A stretch of DNA of 64,000 nucleotides from Thecamonas trahens ATCC 50062 (taxonomy: Eukaryota > Protista > Apusomonadida). Below the pieces are notes generated by a model. That model was not told the DNA's origin and made no database searches. It saw only the letters and a list, made by a program, of their open reading frames with translations. The translations under genes were made by a program, and so were the position numbers. Shown piece after piece: positions 53,944 through 64,000 of the stretch; position 1 is the first letter of the stretch, and the number at the start of each line of letters is the position of its first letter. Where the stretch lies: NCBI RefSeq assembly GCF_000142905.1, contig NW_013657664.1:462133-526132 (forward strand), in the 5' to 3' direction.

Positions 53944-55596
53944 TCACGGAATGGCGAGGTCGACGATGCGAAGGAGCGAGGAGGAGCGGGCGAGTGTGAA
54001 GCGGAGCGGCGAGCTGGTGAGGGCATCGGCAAGCGGCGGGAGGAGGACGGCGAGGGCCGGTTCGTGCGGTGGGATCCAGCCGAAGAGCTTCTCGATGAGG
54101 AGCGGCGAGGAGAGGAGGAAGGAGATGGTGGGCGCGAGGTTGATGATGATGGGGCGGTACTGGAGGCGGGTGAGCGGAGTTGTGGCTGCGGCGGTGAAGA
54201 CGCAGCCGAGCGGACAGGAGACGACGGCGTTGTCGTCAGCGACGACGGCGACGCCGCAGCCAGCACACACACGCTCGGTGACGAGGTGGCGGGCAAGGGC
54301 GTCGTCGAGGGTGAGCGGCGGGGCATCGTGAGCGCTGTGCGGAGGGACGACGGCGATGGAGGAGACTGTGGCGATGAGAGTATAGCTGGTGACGCGCGGG
54401 GCAGCGGCGAGAGATGCGGCGAGGGCGGTGACGCTGGTGATGACGGTGTCCGAGTTCCGGCAGAGAGGCGCGTCTTGGCGGAGCGAGGGAGAAAAGGCGG
54501 CAGCGAGTCGGGAAGCGGCGGCGGCGGCAGAAGATGGTGTGGCAGGGATGATGGAGGTGTGGGCGGTGGTAGAGAGGGACGGCGCGGCGGCGGACCATGC
54601 TGCGGACCGCGACCAAGTGACGGCACAGCAGGAGGCGGCGACGATGGCGCCGGGAACGAGGAGCGGAGCGAGGGAGGGATGAGCGACGGTGAGCCAGGCG
54701 GTGGCGAGGGCACCGTCGGCATTCACCGAGCCGTCGATGACTAGGACGCGGAGGAGGGAGGACGGTGATGCATTGACGAGTCGGACGACGCGGATGGCGT
54801 CGAGGTGGACGAGGGTGTCGAGCTGGAGGTGGGCGAGGAGCGGGGTCGCAAGGAACGGGCGCGAGAGCCAGTGAAGGTCGGCCATCCACGGGGCTGTGGC
54901 ATGAATGGCGAGCGGGAGAACGGTGACGGCCGAGGATGGAGCGCGTGTGGCGAGGGTGGGCACGCCGCGCCACTCGCCGACGACGAGGGCCTTGAAGCGG
55001 GCTGCGGCGCCGCGCGGGAGGATGTAGACCCAGGAGGCCGCACGGCCCCAGAGAGTGACGCGGGTGGGGCGTAAGGCCGTGGAGGCGTCGACGAGCGAGA
55101 CGGTGGCACGATGGACGGTGGCGCGGCGGGTGGTGGTCTCGATGACGCCCGAGACGGCGACGACAACCCCGCGTACGTTGACAGTGGACGCAAGGGGAGC
55201 CGCCGGAGACGCGAGGGCGGCGAGCGGAGTGAGGGGATGGTCGGGGTGGAGCTCAGTGCACGGTGACGATAAAGGCGGATCGGCGGGCGAGGAGGGCGAG
55301 GAGGAGATGGACTCAATGGCGTCGTCGTCCGAGTCGAGATCGAGGCGCGAGGGAGGGCGAGACGATGGTGGCGAGGACGGGTCCGGGAGGAGGTGGAAGG
55401 AAGGAAAGGAGAACTGGGTGAGGCCGGCAAAGGTGTCGGTGATGGAGGTTGTGGCCGGATGCGAGATTGTGGTCGAGACAGAGCCGGCGATGGTTGCCGA
55501 GTCATCGACAAGAACCGTAGGCTGTGGAGAGTGAGTCTCGAGAATGGGGTCGGCAAGGAGCAGCGGCTGGGAGAGCGACGAGAACGGTGTGGCCAT
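53944..55596 (-). CDS. Multi-OB-fold ssDNA-binding protein with Zn ribbon, SHLD2/FAM35A-like
   Basis: ATVSLVDAS...VTLWGRAASW...EWRG and CAGCGVAVVADDN...CPLGC...YRP...LIEKLF. Start codon uncertain. Confidence 0.68.
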   Translation of the reverse strand: MATPFSSLSQPLLLADPILETHSPQPTVLVDDSATIAGSVSTTISHPATTSITDTFAGLTQFSFPSFHLLPDPSSPPSSRPPSRLDLDSDDDAIESISSSPSSPADPPLSSPCTELHPDHPLTPLAALASPAAPLASTVNVRGVVVAVSGVIETTTRRATVHRATVSLVDASTALRPTRVTLWGRAASWVYILPRGAAARFKALVVGEWRGVPTLATRAPSSAVTVLPLAIHATAPWMADLHWLSRPFLATPLLAHLQLDTLVHLDAIRVVRLVNASPSSLLRVLVIDGSVNADGALATAWLTVAHPSLAPLLVPGAIVAASCCAVTWSRSAAWSAAAPSLSTTAHTSIIPATPSSAAAAASRLAAAFSPSLRQDAPLCRNSDTVITSVTALAASLAAAPRVTSYTLIATVSSIAVVPPHSAHDAPPLTLDDALARHLVTERVCAGCGVAVVADDNAVVSCPLGCVFTAAATTPLTRLQYRPIIINLAPTISFLLSSPLLIEKLFGWIPPHEPALAVLLPPLADALTSSPLRFTLARSSSLLRIVDLAIP

Positions 55597-55888
55597 GGCG
55601 AGGGGGTGGTGCCGCTTGGGGGACGGCGGTGATGTGATGGGGTCGGTGACGGTGGTAGTGGTGGTAGGGATCATCCATTTGGTGTGGGATGGTGGTGGTG
55701 GTGCCTCGCGTGGTGGCTGCTTGCGCTTGCGGGTGGTCGGGGTGGGCATCGCCCCCAAAAAAGGTCGTGGTTGGTCCGGCCGAGGGAAAGCAGAGAGTGG
55801 CGTGTGCGGGTTGTGTGTCAGGTTTGATCAAGGGAGGGGAGAGGGGAGGGAGGGGGAGAGGGGTACACTTGGCTTGGGTGTGGATACC

Positions 55889-57837
55889 ATGGCTTCGCTA
55901 ACAGCGGTGGTGGGCTTGTTGCAGGAGCGGGATGCTCGGCAGTCTGCACGGTGGGCGCCTCTCATTCATCGGCGTATGTGGAGATGTGAAAGGGAGGCGG
56001 GAGGGTGCGGGGAGAGGGAAGGGGGGGTGTAGGGGTGGGTGGGGGGGGTAGGGGTATGGGGGCGGGGAAAGGGGGGGAAGGGGGGGGGTGGTGGGTGTGT
56101 GTGAGAGGTTCTGTACTCATAGGTATGTGTCGGTGTGGTGGTTGGCTGTGTGTGGTTGGCTGGGTGTGGTTGGCTTGGGTGTGGTTGGCTTGGGTGTGGC
56201 GGCTTCACGGGAGAATAGACTCGGTGCTGGTGGCACAGATGGAGAGGATGCGGACGCGGAATGCACAGCTGGAGCACATGCTGCGAAACGCAGGGAGTGG
56301 GTCGCCGGCAGGGACACCGAGCGGAGGGATGGGGGGCGGCGGGGCAAGCTCGGGGAGCGCGACAGGCGGGCTTAATGGATCAAGCTCGGCGGGCGACGCG
56401 ATGGCGGTGGCGCAGCTGCAGGCCAAGGCCAACGAGCTCAACGCAGAGCTCAACGATCGGTACAAGGAGCTACTGAACACGCAGCAGGCGCTGCGGGCGG
56501 CTGAGGAGGGCCTCGCTGGGAAGGAGAGCGAGCTGGAAGCGGCCAAGGCGCGGATTTGCGAGCTGGAAGCGCAGCTCGAGCGCATGGCGCGCGAGAAGGA
56601 GACGTCGGACGTGACGTCGATGGCACTCGGCGACGAGCTGAGGCTGCTGCAGATGGAGCTGATCCGAGTGGAGGAGGCGAACTCGAAGCTGAAGGAGGAG
56701 AACGAGGAGCTTGTCTCGCGGTGGCTGCAGAAGGCCGCCGAGGACGCCGAGAAGCTCAACGAGGCGAACATGTTCTACCAGTCGATGGTGAGCCAGCGCG
56801 AGTCGCTCGAGTTGCAGGCAGCAGCGGTGAGCAACGTGACCGGAACGGTCGACATGTCGGGCTCGGGCGAGTCGCTGCTGGACGCGATGGCCGGAGCGTC
56901 GTCGTCAAGCGGGGCGTACAGCGGGTCGGGCTTTGTTGTGGTCCCCACGCGGGCGCGGCGGACCGTGGCAGCGCATGGGGGCGAGGGTCACTCTGTTGGA
57001 TACGCGCCCAACTCGGACATGCTCGCGACTGGCGGGTCGGACAAGGCCATCAAGCTCTTTGATGCGCGGTCTGGTGAGCACCAGTTCTCGCTCCGCGGCT
57101 ACTCGGCGGCGGTCTACTGCACGCGGTTCTCGCCGACGGGAGAGTTTGTACTCGGCGCGTCGGCTGACGAGTCGATCCGGGTCTTTGACGTGGCGACGCA
57201 GCGGCCGCGGCACACGCTCACGGGCCACACGGCCAAGATCTACGCGGCTGACTTTTCGACCGACGGCTCGCTTGCGGTCTCGGGCTCGCACGACCGAACG
57301 CTCAAGGTGTGGGACCTCGCGCGTGGGTACTGCTCGCGGACCATCATGTGCTACTCGTCGTGCAACGATGTGTCGGTCTCGATTGACTCGGGCGTGGTCG
57401 CGTCGGGCCACCACAACGGGACGGTGGCGTTCTGGGACACCCGGTCCGGCGACGTCTCGCACATGATCAAGGGCGCGGCGTCGAAGCAGGTGACGTGCGT
57501 CGAGTACTCGCCCGACGGCGACTCGCTGCTCATCAACTCGCGCGATAACTGCCTCACTCTCTTTGACACCCGGACCCACCAGGTGGCTATGACCTACGAG
57601 GCGCAGGGCTTTTCGACCGGACTCAACTACGCGCGGGCGACGTTCTCGCCGGACGGCGCGTTTGTGGCCGCAGGCTCTGCGTCTGGCGAGGTGTACGTGT
57701 GGAACGCGGCGTCGGGCGCACTCACCACTGTGCTCGAGGGCGGGCACACGGCTGCGGTGGCGTGCGTCGCCTGGCGGCCGAGCGGGCGGTCGCTGGCCTC
57801 GCTCTCGCGCGACGGCGGGCTTGTGGTGTGGGAGTAG
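55889..57837 (+). CDS. ATG16: Autophagy protein 16 (ATG16L type with WD40); exons 55889-55973 and 56219-57837
   Basis: ATG5-binding-type helix LQERDARQ...LI; coiled coil DELRLLQME...LKEENEELVSRWLQKAAEDAEKLNEAN; 7 WD40 repeats including SGSHDRTLKVWDL and CYSSCND. Confidence 0.92.
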
Positions 57838-57864
57838 AGTAAAGACAGGAGGTGCGGTGTCGTA

Positions 57865-60800
57865 TCATGTTTGGGTGAGGGCGGCTAGCGTGGCGGCGGC
57901 GACGTCAGCGTCCGGCGAAACGACGGCGAGGACGGTGGTGACGTCGTGGGCGGCGGCCTCCTCCTCGAGGCGCTCGGCGGCAGAGACCGGATCGGCAAGC
58001 AGCTCGTGGCTGAGCTCGACAAAGCGGACCGAGCCGTGGCGCGGCTCAGCATCCGGATCGGGCGCGCCGGCAGTGGCGTGGACCACAACGTCGACGGTGA
58101 CGATACTTGCCGGTGCAGCGTCGAGCGTGTACACCGCTTCCGTGGCCGAGGCCACCGGCGTTGGCGGGCTGCTGCCGATGCGGAGCGCTAGCGAGAGCTG
58201 GAAGCCCTCGAGCTCGAGCTCGTCTCCGGCCCAGACCAGATCTTGGAGGGCGCGGAAGACGAGGCCACGCTGGCCGACCACGCCGTGGAGGGCAAACGAC
58301 TTGCCGGCGGCCGGCCCGCCAAAGACAACCACACCGACAGCACGGCCGGTAAGCGCGCTGCGGATGCTCGTCTCGACCGCTGGATATACCGCCACCTGCG
58401 GCGTGCCCGGCGGAAGGAGGGCTGCACACGATAGCGTTGTCCCGCGCCACACTGCAGTCGCCGCTGCCGCATCGAGCAGAAAGTCCGGAAGCTCGGCGCG
58501 GGCGAGGAGCACGACGTCTGCGCCGATGCGGGAGCCGAGCTGGCGCGGCAGTGGAAGTTCGGCATCGGCGGCAGAGGTCTGCGCGTCCGACTCGGGCAGG
58601 AGCAACGCAGCGACGATAGAGGCGGTGACAGCCTCGATGTCCGACTTGGCCATTACCGCCAGCGTCTCGGCGTCGCCGCGGAGGCGGGCGTGCTCGCGCG
58701 ACAGTGCGCCGACCTCGGCCTTGAGCGACTCGAGCGCGGCCAGCGTCTGGACAGTGTGCAGCTCGTGCATGCGGAGTCGCGACTCGAGTGTCCGTTCGCG
58801 GTGGTTGACATTGGGAGAGGTGATGGTTGGTGGGTCGAGCTCGGGAGAGGGCTTGCGGGAGTGGCGGCGGCGGCGGCGGCGCTTGTGGGAGGTGAGATCA
58901 CCATCTGTGGGGCAGCCGTCGTAGCTTGCGCTGTGGTCGGGGACGGGCTCGGGCTCGGGAGAGGGCTTGTGAGAGTGGCGGCGGCGGCGGCGGCGCTTGT
59001 GGGAGGGCGCATCATAGGCAGAGTGGCCGTCGTGACTTGCGCTGTGGTCAGGCTCGGGCTCGGGAGAGGGGGAGGGCTCGGGCTCGGGAGAGGGCTTGTG
59101 AGAGTGGCGGCGGCGGCGGCGGGGCTTGCGGGAGGCGAGGGCATCATCGGCAGAGCGACCATTGCGGCTTGCGTTGTACCCGGGATCGGGTTGAGGTTCT
59201 GGCTCGTGCTCATGCTCGGGCTTGTGCTCGTGCTCGGCCTTGGGCTCGGGTTCAGACTCGGGCTTGCGAGACGGCTTGCGAGAGTGGCGGCGGCGGCGGC
59301 GGCGCTTGTGGGAGGCAGGGTCATCATAGGCAGAGCGGTTGTCGTGGCTTGCGTTGTCCTCGGGCTCGGGTTGTGGCTCGGGTTGTGGCTCGGGCTCGGG
59401 ATCAGACTCGAGCTTGCGAGACGGCTTGCGAGAGTGGCGGCGGCGGCGGCGCTTGTGGGAGGCACGGTCATCATAGACAGAGCGGCCGTCGTTACTCTCG
59501 TCATGCTCAGGCTCGGGTTGTGGCTCGGGTTGTGGCTCGGGTTGTGGCTCGGGCTCAGGCTCGGGCTTGGGCTGAGGCTTTCGAGAGCGATGACGGTGCC
59601 GCTTGCGTGAAGGCCGGGTGCTGACTAGCAGCGGGTCAAAGTCGTGTTCCGGCTCAGAGGCAGATGTCTTTTGGCTCTTGCGTCGACGGTGCGACCGCCG
59701 GCGCCGCCAGCGCCCATCAACCAGAACCAAGTTGGGATCCGCCGTCGGGTCTACAGCTGGCAGTGCAGCAGCGGTAGCACTCACACTCTCAGCGTCGGCA
59801 AGCCGCTCCAAGCTGGCGCTGTGCTTTTGCGGCGGCGGCGGCGCTTCTTGGACGCGGACTCGCGCGGGCGGCGCTCCGGCGACGGAGGACGACGATCAAG
59901 CTCGTCGAGTAGCAGATGGCGCCTGGCCGCGGGCGTAACCGGATCAAGTACGCCAAGAACCGCCGCACGGGTCGAGTCGTCCATCGGGGCAAGTAGAGCG
60001 TGGTCGTACGCCCGCATGGCGTCGTTGTCGATGCTTGTTACGTCAGCACCAGCTCGCACAAGTCGCGCGATGCACGCGCCCGAGCCCGCATGTGCCGCCC
60101 AGTGCAGCGGCGTGTGCTTGGAGGTGTCAATCGAGTTGACGTCGGCCGGCGGTGTGGCGGCAAGCAGTGCCGCAACAGCAGCACCAGCACCGGCAAACGC
60201 GGCGCAGTGCAGCGGTGAGGAGCCGACGGCGTCGGCGGCATCAGCATGCGCGCCCGAGGAGAGCAGCTCGGCGAGCGCCGACACGTTGTTGGTCGCAGCT
60301 GCAAGATGAATCGGCTGCCGCATGTTGGCGTCCTGCACCACTGGCGAGGCGCCTGCGTCCAGTAGCGCCCGGAGCATTGGGGCCTCGGCACCGTTTTCCA
60401 CCGCAATATACAGCAGCGGGCCACACGAGAACGCATCCGGCAGCGGATTGGCGTGGACAACCGAAGGGCCGCGCCCAGAATGGGCGCCAAGGTAGCAAGC
60501 GAGTTGGAGACTACAGCGTAGAACGCAACCGAGTTGGCCTCGACATCGGTGGCAAACGGCGAAGCCGCGTGCGCAAGGAGCACCCCGACCAGCGCCGGGT
60601 TGGCCTCGCGTGCGGCCCACATCAGTGGCGTCCGGCCCTCGCTATCCTTGGCATCGACCGGAGAGCCGGCAGCAACCAGCGTGCCGGCTGTTGCCGCCGC
60701 ACCGTCACCACCAAACGCCGCCAGATGCAGCGGCAGTGCGCCGCGGACGTCCTTGGCAGCGACAGCCTCCCGAGCGGCCAGCTCGTCGAGGCTCGCCAGA

Positions 60801-61411
60801 ACAACCGCCGCTGCCGCCGCCGCACCGCCAGCAGCAGCAAGATGCAGCGGTGTGCAGCCGTCGGCATCGCGGGTGGCAGAATCTGCGCCGGCATCAAGCA
60901 CCAGCGCCACTACATCGGCGGCGTTGTGCAAAGCAGCATAGTGGAGCGGAGTTCGACCGTGGACATCAAGCGAGTCACAGATGGCAGAGACGCCCGAGCG
61001 ATCACTGAGAAAAGCCATCAGCGGAGCATTGCCCGACATGGCCGCCCAGTGCGGGAGAGTCTCTGGCAGCGGCAGGAGCTCCGACAAGAGCGCCACCAAC
61101 TCGACAACCCTGGCATGCGGTCTCGCAGTTGTTGCCCACATAAAGACGTCATTCCCGGCATGATCCCGAGCATCAGCAAGAGTCTTGACCACGGCATCCA
61201 TGCCACCATCACCAGCAGTTCGCGATGCAGTCGCCAGCACAGCCGCAACCATAGCAGGGTGACCCGATGCAGCAGCGACCATCAGCACGTTCCGCCCGTC
61301 GTTGTCCCCGACCAGCAACTCGTCCAGCAACTCGACCTTGGCCAGCTCCGCCTGCCCAGTCTCACCCTCCCGCACAGCAGCATGAAGTTCTGCATACTCT
61401 CCGCGACCCAT
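57865..61411 (-). CDS. Ankyrin repeats + Arg/Pro-Glu repeats + coiled coil + degenerate kinesin motor; frameshifts at ~60474-60476 and ~59825-59828
   Basis: More than 10 ankyrin repeats (GRTPLHYAA, GCTPLHLAA, GRTPLMWAA, TPLHWAA). Three overlapping ORFs are joined by adding one base in a G3 run and one in an A4 run. Confidence 0.72.
58845..59600 (-). repeat. Coding repeat (SHKRRRRRRHSRKPSPEPEP...)n, about 6-7 units
   Basis: Recurrent GAGTGGCGGCGGCGGCGGCGCTTGTGGGA and GGCTCGGG blocks on the + strand. Confidence 0.85.
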
Positions 61412-61814
61412 AGGTGGAGAACGAGGAAGAGAGGGGGGGGGGGGTATGTGGGTGGTGGGGAGAGCGGTGGTGGGCCGAGCGGGAAGGGGGAGGGAGAGGG
61501 GGGAGGGGGGGTGACAGTTGGGAGTGCGCATGGGCCGGGGGGGGGGGGGGGGGGGGGGGGGGGGAGCTTGGGCGGCAGGGCGGCAGGGGATCGGCGGCAG
61601 GAAAGTGGCAGATGGAGTGTATGTGGGGACTATGTGTATGTAGGAAGTGTCGTGGTGGGGTGGTTGACCACAGTCGACGGCTAGCAGCCATGTCTCGGCC
61701 TGTGGCCTCCGTGCTCGCCCCGGATGTGCGACTTGGCATGCGATGGCAACTCGGGCGCGTTGCCTGGGCCACGCGGTGGAGAGCGACAGGGGGAACCTCT
61801 TCTCGCCACAAGTC

Positions 61815-63236
61815 ATGTCAGCCGACCCATGCGGCGAGGGGCAAGAGGGGAAGGTGGATGCGGGCGGAAGTGGCGCGCTGCGGGTGTGGGGTGGGCTGTC
61901 GGGGACAAGCGCGCTGGCGTCAGGCGCGGCAGCGATACCTGAGGTGGGCAAGGAGGTGCTGGAGCTGGCGGATGTGATGCAGGTGGACGAGCTGCGGGTG
62001 GACGACATCGAGTTTGATCTCGAGAGTGCAGAGTCGTTTGAAGAATCGGCCGGCCGGTATGTGCGGCAGGCGTGGATGCTGGCATCTGACGAGGATCGCG
62101 TCACCTTTGAGATGAAGCGGAAGCGGGCGGCAGTCGAAGCAGAGTACGGCGGCCAGATTGCTGAGATTGAGGAACAGATCGAGGAAGCCAAGAAGCGATT
62201 GGAGGATGCGACGTCCATCGAGTGGCTGAAAGGGCGAAAGAAGCGGCTGCAAAACGCGCTGGGCGTGCCGACGTTGCCCGACCAAGTCATCGAGGCGCGC
62301 CGCCGCGAGCTGGTCCACGTCCTCGCTGCCATCAGCGAGCACCGCGACCATCCCATGGTTTGGGTGGTTGGTGCGCTGGAAAAGGCGCGCGACTCGCTGC
62401 TGCGGTCAACTCAGCTCGGACCGCTCGACGCGGCCGTCAAGGCCATCCACCGCGCCAAGTCGTCTCACGGCCGGACGGGGCATCGCTTCGAAGCATGGTG
62501 TGCTGAGTTTGTGGCCTCTTGGATCCCGTCGCGCAGAGCCGCGCTTGGCATCGTCCCGGGCACTTGTGGATGGCACATCCTCATCTCAGCCACCATGTAC
62601 CGTGGCGAGTCACCTCCGGAGCGATCCAAGATGGAGTTTGACGTTGTTGTTGTTCGCGAGACGGGCGCGCTCGACGGCGACGGGCCTGACGCGGCGCGGC
62701 ATGTCGCTGTCGAGTGGGTGTTTGAGGCCAAGCTCTCCCCGTCGGATTTGCGCGGCGACTTGCCAGGCATGGCACGCGCGCTGACATGGTACACCGGGTG
62801 CAGGATGGGCGGGCGGGGAAAGCCGTTTGCCACTGCGCCTGTGTTTTGCCAGCGGAAGAAGACCCCGTTCTATGTCGACAGCACATCGTTTGACGTTTTC
62901 CGTGCTGTGGAGAGCACACCTGCAGCCGAAGCCGCGCTTGGCATCGACTTTGGCCGGGTCGTCTACCTCACGCTCCCACTCCGGCGAGTCTCCATGATCA
63001 CACCGCCGGCGCTGCACATCACCGCCATGGATCTTGCGCTCCGCCACCCGCAGTTCTCGCTCGACGACACCTCGTACCTCCGCGATGTCTACCACACATG
63101 GCTCCCTGCGCTCTCGACCGAATGGGGTCCGCCAAGCGTCACCACAGCCCTCATCGAGAGCATCGTCGGGCGCGGCAACGTGTGGATGTTTGACGAGTCT
63201 CTCCTTGTTGTCACGCCGGACTCGGTTGTTCAGTAG
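61815..63236 (+). CDS. Orphan protein: coiled coil + PD-(D/E)xK nuclease-like domain
   Basis: GRTGHRFEAWCAEF, KMEFDVVVV, WVFEAK; 473 codons from ATG 61815. Confidence 0.6.
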   Translation: MSADPCGEGQEGKVDAGGSGALRVWGGLSGTSALASGAAAIPEVGKEVLELADVMQVDELRVDDIEFDLESAESFEESAGRYVRQAWMLASDEDRVTFEMKRKRAAVEAEYGGQIAEIEEQIEEAKKRLEDATSIEWLKGRKKRLQNALGVPTLPDQVIEARRRELVHVLAAISEHRDHPMVWVVGALEKARDSLLRSTQLGPLDAAVKAIHRAKSSHGRTGHRFEAWCAEFVASWIPSRRAALGIVPGTCGWHILISATMYRGESPPERSKMEFDVVVVRETGALDGDGPDAARHVAVEWVFEAKLSPSDLRGDLPGMARALTWYTGCRMGGRGKPFATAPVFCQRKKTPFYVDSTSFDVFRAVESTPAAEAALGIDFGRVVYLTLPLRRVSMITPPALHITAMDLALRHPQFSLDDTSYLRDVYHTWLPALSTEWGPPSVTTALIESIVGRGNVWMFDESLLVVTPDSVVQ

Positions 63237-63504
63237 CGGATGTGCGGCGGCCGTGATCTGAACCAGGGGGCGTGGGTTCTGTCGAGCTGTTCGCGAGCCG
63301 AGGCGCACGGACGATGCATGGCCTTGGCTCGCGTGCGAGTGGCCGAGTTGATTTCCATTTCGTCCCAAAAAAAATTGACCGCGCGAATGGCACCCGAAAA
63401 GAAAGGCGGGGAAAAGGAGCACGGTGGAGGAGGGGGAAGACAAGGAAGGCCGACGGGCAGGGGAAGACATTCCACCCCTCTACAAGCAGAAGCAAGCATT
63501 GAAG

Positions 63505-64000
63505 ATGGCGGACTACGGGAGTATGAAGGTGGCCGAGCTGCGTGACGAGTGCGCGGCAGCCGGGCTGGAGACCAAGGGCAGGAAGGCACAGCTGGTGGCG
63601 CGGCTGGAGGCTCATGCGGCCGCAGGCGCTGTAAAGAACTGGTCCAAGATGAAGGTCGCCGAGCTGCGTGACGAGTGCGCGGCAGCCGGGCTGGAGACCA
63701 AGGGCAGAAAGGCACAGCTGGTGGCGCGGCTGGAGGCTCATGCGGCCACAGGTGCTGGCAGCAGCAGCGGCAGCGCGAAGGACTGGTCCAAGATGAAGGT
63801 CGCCGAACTGCGTGACGAGTGCGCGGCAGCCGGGCTGGAGACCAAGGGCAAGAAGGCGGAGCTGGTGGCGCGGCTGGAGGCCGGGGCAGGCGGAGCGGCG
63901 GCAGCGGCGGCGCCGAGCAAGAAGCGCAAGCGCGCGGCCGGATCGGGAGGAAGCGCAGCGGCAGCAGCGGCGCCGGCGACCAAGAAGGCGGCCACGCCGG
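63505..64000 (+). CDS. Protein with three tandem SAP domains and an NLS (5' part; runs off the window)
   Basis: Three copies of MKVAELRDECAAAGLETKGxKAxLVARLEA, then PSKKRKR. Confidence 0.85.
   Translation, partial: MADYGSMKVAELRDECAAAGLETKGRKAQLVARLEAHAAAGAVKNWSKMKVAELRDECAAAGLETKGRKAQLVARLEAHAATGAGSSSGSAKDWSKMKVAELRDECAAAGLETKGKKAELVARLEAGAGGAAAAAAPSKKRKRAAGSGGSAAAAAAPATKKAATP

Overview
GC-rich, gene-dense, intron-poor draft genome of a flagellated protist; the style suggests an apusomonad such as Thecamonas (inference only). About 25 protein-coding genes are present. They include SOD1, the copper chaperone CCS, Rap1, RPL15, NDOR1, dynein-1 light intermediate chain, an intronless dynein-2 heavy chain, ATG16L, an anoctamin, a TRF-like telobox protein, a DAGK/sphingosine-kinase-type enzyme, a PIG3-type quinone oxidoreductase, two LRR proteins and several orphan multidomain proteins. 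Three minisatellites (50, 37 and 126 bp units), several microsatellites and one 100-N gap are present. No CRISPR array, rRNA, tRNA or transposase was seen. Best leads: (1) a CCS that keeps every SOD1 catalytic ligand, including the His that is Asp in human CCS; (2) a probable SHLD2/shieldin-2 homologue in a unicellular eukaryote; (3) a catalytically dead vasohibin; (4) an ankyrin-repeat protein ending in a degenerate kinesin motor; (5) a duplicated Rap1 3' half that differs only at synonymous sites; (6) five frameshifts, each one base short in a homopolymer. All family assignments come from motifs compared by eye with remembered reference sequences; no database search was run.
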